Part shown: positions 19,113 through 26,484 of the stretch, one piece after another
Position numbering within the stretch: the stretch's first letter is position 1
Layout of the letters: the number at the start of each line of letters is the position of its first letter
DNA from: an uncultured Ignavibacteriales bacterium
Lineage (GTDB): Bacteria > Zixibacteria > MSB-5A5 > GN15 > FEB-12
Reading direction: 5' to 3'
Assembly (NCBI GenBank): GCA_964464605.1
Contig: CAYXJN010000001.1
Location: 255,068 to 319,067, forward strand
DNA: 64,000 nt
Notes under the pieces: generated by a model
The model's input: the letters and a program-made list of their open reading frames with translations, nothing else
Told to the model about the DNA's origin: nothing
The model's database searches: none
Position numbers and translations under genes: made by a program

Positions 19113-19655
19113 GTGCGAACACTTCTTCTGGCCGTTTTTGTTATTCTTGTTGTTGTCGGGTTTGATCAAGCCACCAAGCTTTGGGCGGTCGAACGGCTGA
19201 CCGACCAACCCTCCATTGAAGTCATCGGCCACAGTGTCATGTTTTCTCTCGTCTACAATGAAGGCGGGGCAATGGGCACGAAGCTTGGCTCCGCGAATTA
19301 CTATCTCATTGCCGCACTTGTTATCCTAACATTGATTTTCTTTTACATTTGGCAGAACCGAAACCAAAAAGCAGTGGTGTTGCCGTTATCACTAATAGCC
19401 GGCGGGGCAATCGGCAATATTCTCGACCGTCTCCGGATCGGTAAAGTGGTCGATTTTATCGATATCGACATTCCGGACATAAACATCGGCAGTTACCTCT
19501 TGGAGCGCTGGTGGACCTTTAACATCGCCGACGCCGCTATCAGCTGCTCAATCGTCTTTCTGCTTATCTACATGCTTTTCTTTCAGCATAAAACGCCCCG
19601 CCCGCAAACATCCGAACCGGTTTCCCCTGCCCCGACTGATACAGCCGTTCAATAA
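19113..19655 (+). CDS. lspA: Signal peptidase II
   Basis: DQATK, N.GGAMG, GGAIGNILDR, VVDFI, FNIADAAI; GTG start directly after upstream TGA. Confidence 0.95.
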   Translation: MRTLLLAVFVILVVVGFDQATKLWAVERLTDQPSIEVIGHSVMFSLVYNEGGAMGTKLGSANYYLIAALVILTLIFFYIWQNRNQKAVVLPLSLIAGGAIGNILDRLRIGKVVDFIDIDIPDINIGSYLLERWWTFNIADAAISCSIVFLLIYMLFFQHKTPRPQTSEPVSPAPTDTAVQ

Positions 19656-19773
19656 ACGCCAAAAAATTCCAGATAATTCCTCCCTTTTGCCCACCTACTT
19701 TCCACGTATATTATGAACCGAGCGGTGCTGCCGCTGTTATGGTCTATAGAATTTATAACTGCATAAGGTAACC

Positions 19774-20841
19774 ATGCTTTCAAAAGAAGTCGTTCTCCAT
19801 ATACTCTCCGGCATCGATGACCCGGAACTCAAAAAGCCGCTTACGGAGCTTGATATGGTCCGGTTTGTCGATATCGACGGCGGCGATGTCACCGTCGGCA
19901 TCACTCTCACTGTCCCCGGCTGTCCGCTGAAAGAAAAAATCAGCAATGATGTCACCCGCGGTGTCTCGTTAATCCCCGGCGTGGAACGGGTGCATGTCCA
20001 TTTCGATGTCATGAACGACGAGCAGCGCGCCGCTTTGCGCGTTAAGCTCGGCCATGGCCCGCAGCCCGGCTCACAAGGCGGAAAACACCCGGTCACCATA
20101 AATAACTTTGCCAAACGCTTTATCGCGGTCTCATCCGGTAAAGGGGGCGTCGGAAAATCCACCACGACGGTTAACCTCGCCGCCGCCTTATCACGCCGTG
20201 GGCGCAAAGTCGGGATTTTGGATGCCGACGTGTACGGTTTCTCTATCCCCCGAATGATTGGTGTTTCCGGTCAGCCGACCGTAATAGACGACAAAATTGT
20301 CCCGCTTCGCCGTAACGACAATATCCAGATCGTTTCCATGGGCTTTTTTGTCAAAGAGGATGAGCCGGTAATCTGGCGCGGCCCCCTTTTGCATAAGGCG
20401 ATTAATCAATTCCTGGCCGATGTCATGTGGGATCAGCTCGATTTTCTGTTTCTCGATCTCCCGCCCGGTACCGGCGACGTTTCATTGACCATCGCACAGG
20501 CAATTCCGACCGCCGAGCTTTTGGTGGTCACCACACCGCAGGCAACGGCTACCTGGGTTGCTGGAAGAGTCGCCAAATTAGCAGAGCGAACCAAATTGCA
20601 AGTCCTCGGTGTCATTGAAAATATGGCCTGGTTCGAACAAAACGGTACGCGGGAATATATTTTCGGCAAAGATGGCGGTAAAGAACTCGCTCGCAGACTT
20701 GATGTTCCGCTTTTGGGACAAGTACCGCTGATGACCTCGATTCGCGAAGGAGCAGACAACGGAAAACCGGTCGCGCTTGAAGGCACAAAAGAACAGATCG
20801 AACTGTTCGATTCAATAGCCGCTAAACTCGAAGCATTGTAA
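19774..20841 (+). CDS. mrp: Mrp/NBP35 (ApbC) Fe-S carrier ATPase with N-terminal DUF59
   Basis: DPEL...ELDMV, SGKGGVGKST, DADVYG, WRGP, DLPPGTGD, ENM. Confidence 0.92.
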   Translation: MLSKEVVLHILSGIDDPELKKPLTELDMVRFVDIDGGDVTVGITLTVPGCPLKEKISNDVTRGVSLIPGVERVHVHFDVMNDEQRAALRVKLGHGPQPGSQGGKHPVTINNFAKRFIAVSSGKGGVGKSTTTVNLAAALSRRGRKVGILDADVYGFSIPRMIGVSGQPTVIDDKIVPLRRNDNIQIVSMGFFVKEDEPVIWRGPLLHKAINQFLADVMWDQLDFLFLDLPPGTGDVSLTIAQAIPTAELLVVTTPQATATWVAGRVAKLAERTKLQVLGVIENMAWFEQNGTREYIFGKDGGKELARRLDVPLLGQVPLMTSIREGADNGKPVALEGTKEQIELFDSIAAKLEAL

Positions 20842-20974
20842 CAGGCATAACCGCTTATCAATTCGCGGCTTTTACGTTGCCAAAAATTATTTCCTCACAA
20901 TCACATTCTATCAACAATGTGATTACGTTTTTTTTCATCTCGCTAACTCCGCGAAATGCAATCAGTTCAAATAT

Positions 20975-21239
20975 TGTGGAAATTATCAGGTGGCGCTATT
21001 GACGGGGTAGCATACGGGGGGTATTTAATCACATGAAACAAGGATATACAACGACTGTGAACAGAATGTGGGTAAGTATTCTGTCAGTCGCCGAGGCAGA
21101 TTGCAGGATAATCAGTTAACTAAGATCTCTAAGGATGGGTTCTGTGAATAACTATGTGGAAAATAACGCGCTGTTTTCACGCTGGGATGCGAAAACAGTA
21201 GTACAGCAAGGAATTGCGAATGCGTGAACATGTGGAAAT
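20975..21239. promoter_or_regulatory. DnaA-box cluster upstream of dnaA (oriC part 1 and/or autoregulation)
   Basis: TGTGAATAA 21143-51 and TGTGGAAAA 21155-63 match TGTGNAWAA; near matches TGTGGGTAA 21067-75, TGTGGAAAT 20975-83 and 21231-39. Confidence 0.75.
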
Positions 21240-21257
21240 GAAGGAGGGACGCGTGTA

Positions 21258-22628
21258 ATGCTTCAGGAAGTGGTAACGAACTCGAAACAATGGACCGATT
21301 GCCTTGATTATATCTCGCGACGAGTAAAATTACAGTCATACAATACCTGGTTCAAACAGACACGCGGCGAGCCGACTGAAAACGGTAGTTTTAAAATTTC
21401 GACGCCGAATCAATTTGTCGCTGATTGGATAAAGGATAATTACGGACATCTGATCGAAGAGGCATTCTCCGAAGTACTCGGCCGGCAGTACGATGTCGTC
21501 TACATGATCTCCCGCAACGGAGATGAAGAACAAACCTCGCTGGAATTCGACGTTCATTCGCCGCATACGATGGCGAATGTTACCGTCACGGCGAAACCGC
21601 AGGTAAATCATAACCTTAATCCGCGCTATACCTTTGATACACTGGTTGTCGGCGATTTCAATCAGTTCGCTTGCGCGGCCTCAATGGCTGTAGCCGAAGC
21701 GCCGGGAATGACCAAGTACAATCCGTTGTACATATATGGCCGTACCGGACTCGGCAAAACGCATATTATTCAGGCGATCGGACACCGGATTTTGGAATTG
21801 ATGCCAAACAAGCGGGTTATCTACGCAACCTCCGAAAAGTTCACGAGTGATTTCATCGCCTCGATTTCCGACCGCGCTATTTCCGATTTTACCAAAATGT
21901 ACCGCGATGTCGATGTCTTGATCATCGACGACATCCAGTTCTTTACCGGTAAAGAATCAACGCAGGAGCAGTTTTTCCATACCTTCAACACGCTGTACCA
22001 TCTCGGCAAACAGATCATACTCTCCTCTGATCGTCCGCCGAAAGAGATTAAAGGGCTTGAAGAACGCTTACTTTCCCGATTCTCCTGGGGACTGGTGACC
22101 GATCTTCAGGCTCCCGATCTGGAAAATCGAACTGCTATTATTTACAAGAAACTGATAGTTGAAGGAACAACGCTTCCGGAAGCGGTCATTCGCTTTATTG
22201 CCGACCGCGTCTACAGCAACATTCGTGACTTGGAAGGTGCGCTTATCCGTCTGTTTGCCTATGCTTCGCTGCACAAGGTTGCCGTTGACCTTGATTTGGC
22301 TAAACGGGTACTTTCAGACAGTTTCTCACAAGGAAAAAAGGAAGTGACAATCGACGCTATCCAAAAAAAGGTGAGCGAACATTTCTCTATCGACCACGCC
22401 ATGATGACAGCAAAGAAAAAATCTTCCCATATTGCAATCGCCCGTCAGGTGGCTATGTATTTGTCACGTTCCCTGACTAATAATTCACTGAAGAGTATCG
22501 GCGGCAATTTTGGCGGACGGGATCATTCGACTGTGATTCATGCCTGTGATTTAGTCGAAAGGAAGATCGCTGAAGATATCGCGTTTCGGGAAAAAATAGA
22601 CAAAATATCCGCTTCTTTGCTTTATTGA
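21258..22628 (+). CDS. dnaA: Chromosomal replication initiator DnaA
   Basis: YTFDTLVVG, NPLYIYG.TGLGKTH, IDDIQF, QEQFFHTFN, RLLSRF.WGL, GGRDHSTVIHA. Confidence 0.98.
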   Translation: MLQEVVTNSKQWTDCLDYISRRVKLQSYNTWFKQTRGEPTENGSFKISTPNQFVADWIKDNYGHLIEEAFSEVLGRQYDVVYMISRNGDEEQTSLEFDVHSPHTMANVTVTAKPQVNHNLNPRYTFDTLVVGDFNQFACAASMAVAEAPGMTKYNPLYIYGRTGLGKTHIIQAIGHRILELMPNKRVIYATSEKFTSDFIASISDRAISDFTKMYRDVDVLIIDDIQFFTGKESTQEQFFHTFNTLYHLGKQIILSSDRPPKEIKGLEERLLSRFSWGLVTDLQAPDLENRTAIIYKKLIVEGTTLPEAVIRFIADRVYSNIRDLEGALIRLFAYASLHKVAVDLDLAKRVLSDSFSQGKKEVTIDAIQKKVSEHFSIDHAMMTAKKKSSHIAIARQVAMYLSRSLTNNSLKSIGGNFGGRDHSTVIHACDLVERKIAEDIAFREKIDKISASLLY

Positions 22629-22800
22629 TAAGCAGTGGATGAGATGTTGATGATATGAGAATAAATTTGAATGAAATAATTTGGTGTGGGAAAAACGAGT
22701 TGCTGTCAACGAAGCTGTTGATATCATCTTTGATCCTGCGCCGGTATTATGTTGTTGCAAATCAGAGGTTATCGCCTGCATATTGGCGGATGGTTCGGGG

Positions 22801-22836
22801 TTAGTACACATCCCCACACCATTATTACTACTCCTG
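22801..22836 (+). promoter_or_regulatory. Putative oriC basal unwinding element (tandem degenerate DnaA boxes + DnaA-trios)
   Basis: TTAGTACACA TCCCCACA CC ATT ATT ACT ACT CCT in the dnaA-dnaN gap; same layout as the B. subtilis incC element. Confidence 0.65.
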
Positions 22837-22898
22837 TTTAGATATATCCAGGTTAAGTAAGAGATTCATGTGTGCACAAATCGACGGAGTACGGTGAA

Positions 22899-24011
22899 AT
22901 GAAGTTTGCGATTTCGAAATCTAAATTGAGCCAGAACCTTCAACAGGTCTTGCAGGTTGTTCCCAATAAATCCACCCTGCCAATTTTGACCAATATCCTG
23001 ATTGAAGCGCTTGAGAATAAACTGAAACTCTCTGCTACTGATCTGGATATCTCTATTACCGCATCCGTCGATTGTAACGTCAGTAAAAAAGGTTCTGCCG
23101 CCGTGCCGGCGAAAGTGCTGTATGAAATCGTTCGTGAACTGCCGGAAGCGGAAATCGGGTTTGAGTTGGTCGGCAATCGTATCGAATTCAAAATCCCAAA
23201 CCGTGCCTACAAACTTTCGACCGTCTCACCGGAAGAATTTCCGAAAATCCCGGCCGTTAATACCAAAAAAGAGATTCGCATCAGCGGCGTTGACCTGGTA
23301 AAGATGATTCGCAAAACCACCTTTGCCTGTTCAGCAGATGACACCCGTCCTGCGTTGAACGGTGTGCTTTGGCAAACCAAAGGGGACAAAATGCAGATGG
23401 TCGCCACCGATGGCCACCGTTTAGCAAAAATGTCGGTTGCGAATACTAAACTCAAAGGGATGCACGAAGACGTAATCGTCCCGCCGAAAGTGCTGAACTT
23501 AATCCCGAAGTTTTTAACGAACGAAGAGAGTGAAGTCGGCATTATCTTCGGCGATAACAGCATCATTTTCAATCTCAACGAAGTGGTACTCACCTCCCGC
23601 TTGATCGAAGGACCGTATCCAAACACCGATCAGGTAATTCCGGCCAAAGCAGATAAAAAACTGCGAATCGAAAAAGAGGAACTGGCCGGTGCGGTGCGAC
23701 GCGTTTCGATTTTGTCGAATCAATTGACCCATCAGGTGAAATTCGCCGTCAAAGGCGGCAATCTTACGCTTTCCACAGCCAACGCCGATGTCGGCGGTGA
23801 AGGAAAAGAGGTGCTTGATTGCGACTACAACGGGGATGCTATTGAAATGGGGTATAACGCCGCATACGTGACCGATATCTTAAGTCGGATGGATGACACT
23901 GAGGTTATTTTCGAGTTAACCTCGCCGATCTCCGCGGGTGTGGTTTACTCGCCGAGTTCTCCAAAAGAAGAATACCTCTGTTTGATTATGCCGCTTCGGT
24001 TGGCTGAATAG
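22899..24011 (+). CDS. dnaN: DNA polymerase III beta sliding clamp
   Basis: LPILTNILI, ATDLDI, TRPALNGV, VATDGHRLA, SRLIEGPYP, C-terminal LIMPLR. Confidence 0.97.
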   Translation: MKFAISKSKLSQNLQQVLQVVPNKSTLPILTNILIEALENKLKLSATDLDISITASVDCNVSKKGSAAVPAKVLYEIVRELPEAEIGFELVGNRIEFKIPNRAYKLSTVSPEEFPKIPAVNTKKEIRISGVDLVKMIRKTTFACSADDTRPALNGVLWQTKGDKMQMVATDGHRLAKMSVANTKLKGMHEDVIVPPKVLNLIPKFLTNEESEVGIIFGDNSIIFNLNEVVLTSRLIEGPYPNTDQVIPAKADKKLRIEKEELAGAVRRVSILSNQLTHQVKFAVKGGNLTLSTANADVGGEGKEVLDCDYNGDAIEMGYNAAYVTDILSRMDDTEVIFELTSPISAGVVYSPSSPKEEYLCLIMPLRLAE

Positions 24012-24053
24012 TGCCTCTGTTACGTTCCTGATCTGTGACGGAAGGATATCCGG

Positions 24054-25151
24054 ATGCACCTTACCCATCTTTCAGTCACCAGTTTTCGGAATATCGAAGC
24101 GCTGACATTCGAACCATCACCAACCGTTAATTTGCTTTACGGCAATAACGGCTCTGGTAAAACGAACCTTCTGGAAGCTATCTTTGTTTTGCTTGTCGGT
24201 CGTTCGCAACGCGGCGCGCAGGAATCGACTATGATTCAGCAGGGCGCGTCACTGTATAGAATCTCCGGAACACTCAAAACGCAGAACGGAACTTATGAGT
24301 TGGCGACTGCCGTTCCCAAAACCGGAAGAAAGAAAATCACGGTTGATGAAGTTGGCATCAAACTTTCTGAATTGTACGATATCACCTGCGCCGTTTCTAT
24401 TGGCCCCGAAGATACTGAGTTCATAGCCGGCCCTCCCTTCGCGCGGCGGATGTTTTTAGATCTGTACTTATCGCAATCGTCCCCGATATATCTGTTCAAC
24501 CTCACTCAGTATCAGCGAGCCGTTCAGCAGAAAAATATGGCGCTCAAGCAAAATGGAATAACCGATCCGTTCGATGAATTAATGATCCGCCACGGCAGTG
24601 AAATTATCCACGCCCGTATCCAATTGATTGCCCGGCTCGTTCCGGTAGCGGCAGAACTGTATGCCCGCGTATCCGGTATCGATTCATTGATGTTCTCCTA
24701 TGTTTCCTCAATCACCTCCGAAGAAATGAGCGCGACGGAATCGACTCCGGAGCGAATAACTTCCCTGTTTTCAAGCGCCATTCAATCGCAGCGCCATCGT
24801 GAACAGGCGTTGCAAAGCGCAATGGTAGGCCCGCACCGGGATGATATCGAAATGAGTATCGACGGTTATCCGGCGCGTACGCACAGCTCCCAGGGGGAAT
24901 CACGAACGGCGGCGATTGCGTTAAAACTTGCTATGTTCGAGTATTTGAAGGAAATCAGGAAAGTGAATCCGATACTTTTGCTCGATGAAGTCTTCGCCGA
25001 ACTGGATGCCGGCCGTATTACCCGGCTAGTCGGCACATTCGAACGATTCGGGCAATTGTTTGTCACCTCGGCAGGAGAACCGAGTATTCCCTTATCTGCC
25101 GACAGCCGGAAGTTTCGTATCGGTAATGGCGGTATTCAGGAGATCGGCTAA
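24054..25151 (+). CDS. recF: DNA replication/repair protein RecF
   Basis: FRN, GNNGSGKTNLLEAI, GPHRDD, SQGE, PILLLDEVFAELD. Confidence 0.95.
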   Translation: MHLTHLSVTSFRNIEALTFEPSPTVNLLYGNNGSGKTNLLEAIFVLLVGRSQRGAQESTMIQQGASLYRISGTLKTQNGTYELATAVPKTGRKKITVDEVGIKLSELYDITCAVSIGPEDTEFIAGPPFARRMFLDLYLSQSSPIYLFNLTQYQRAVQQKNMALKQNGITDPFDELMIRHGSEIIHARIQLIARLVPVAAELYARVSGIDSLMFSYVSSITSEEMSATESTPERITSLFSSAIQSQRHREQALQSAMVGPHRDDIEMSIDGYPARTHSSQGESRTAAIALKLAMFEYLKEIRKVNPILLLDEVFAELDAGRITRLVGTFERFGQLFVTSAGEPSIPLSADSRKFRIGNGGIQEIG

Positions 25152-26197
25152 TGAGCGGTCTTGTTGTTTCCCGTCTCACCAAATCATTCGGCACTACCCA
25201 TGTGCTTTCCGATGTTTCATTCGAACTCGCCCCGCATGAGTTGCTGGTTTTGCTCGGCTCATCCGGATGCGGTAAGTCAACGTTGCTTCGCATCATCGCC
25301 GGGCTGGAAACGGCAGACAGTGGCGAAATTCATTTGAACGGAAAACGAATTGACCAGCTCCACCCGCGTGAACGGGATGTCGCTTTGGTTTTTCAAAATT
25401 ATTCTCTCTATCCGCATATGACTGTCGAGCAGAATATCGCTTTCCCGCTTCGTATCGCAGGAATGCCAAAACAGGAGCGACACCAAAAAGTAGTGGAAGC
25501 AGCAAGACTGCTCGGACTTGAAAACCGGTTGAAAGCCAAACCAGCCGAGCTTTCGGGTGGCCAGCGCCAGCGCGTTGCCCTGGGGCGAGCTATTGTCCGT
25601 GAACCTGCCCTTTTTCTTTTGGATGAACCGCTCTCGAATCTCGACACGGAGCTCCGTCTTCGCATGCGTACCGAAATTGTCCGTCTTCAGCGTTCACTCG
25701 GCCGACCTGCTGTGCATGTAACGCATGACCAGTCGGAAGCGATGGCAATGGCCGATCGTATAGCCCTGATGAAGGATGGGAAGATCGTCCAGCTCGGCAC
25801 TCCTGAAGAGCTCTACAACGAGCCGAAAACCCTCTTTGCTGCCACATTTCTGGGACACCCGAGAATAAATATTGTTCGTTCCCATTGGGAAAACGGGATG
25901 TTGCACCCGCTTAATCTTCCTGTTTCTCTCTCTAACTCCCTTCGCAACCACAGCGAAATCCTTCTGGCTATTCGCCCTCAACATATTCGTCTTGCCAACA
26001 ACGGCATATTCGACGGCGAGGTAGTTGCATCTGAGTATGTGGGTGAAGGACATCACGTTACCCTCAAGTCCTCGGATGTATCCTTTGTCGCTTCGCTGCA
26101 GGGAAAAGCACCTGCAGTCGGTGAACGGGTGCGTGTTGATTTCGATCTTGATGCGATCAGATTCTTCGATCCCGCGACCGGGAATCGCATTGTTTAA
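25151..26197 (+). CDS. Carbohydrate ABC transporter ATP-binding protein (MalK/MsmX/UgpC-like)
   Basis: GSSGCGKST, VFQNYSLYPHMTV, LSGGQRQRVALGRA, DEPLSNLD, VTHDQ; TOBE-like C-terminus. Confidence 0.92.
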   Translation: MSGLVVSRLTKSFGTTHVLSDVSFELAPHELLVLLGSSGCGKSTLLRIIAGLETADSGEIHLNGKRIDQLHPRERDVALVFQNYSLYPHMTVEQNIAFPLRIAGMPKQERHQKVVEAARLLGLENRLKAKPAELSGGQRQRVALGRAIVREPALFLLDEPLSNLDTELRLRMRTEIVRLQRSLGRPAVHVTHDQSEAMAMADRIALMKDGKIVQLGTPEELYNEPKTLFAATFLGHPRINIVRSHWENGMLHPLNLPVSLSNSLRNHSEILLAIRPQHIRLANNGIFDGEVVASEYVGEGHHVTLKSSDVSFVASLQGKAPAVGERVRVDFDLDAIRFFDPATGNRIV

Positions 26198-26484
26198 GTA
26201 CAGTTAGTTATTTTTTTCACAGGGGAAAAAACCGTAAAAACCCTTGACACATTTGGCTTTTGCAATTTTTTTGGAAGAGGCAGGCCACTGGTTGTACTAC
26301 TTGACACGCCGGTTGCATAACTCGAATGAGCTCGTTAGTAATAAAACTGACCAGCCGAGAGATGTGATGAAGGAGGTGACGCAGGAATAGGACACAGATA
26401 GAGTACCTTCATGTACTGATCCCGCGCTTTACGCAAGCGCATCCAGTTACAAATGTAAAAACGCAAGTATCAGAGAGGTGAAGA

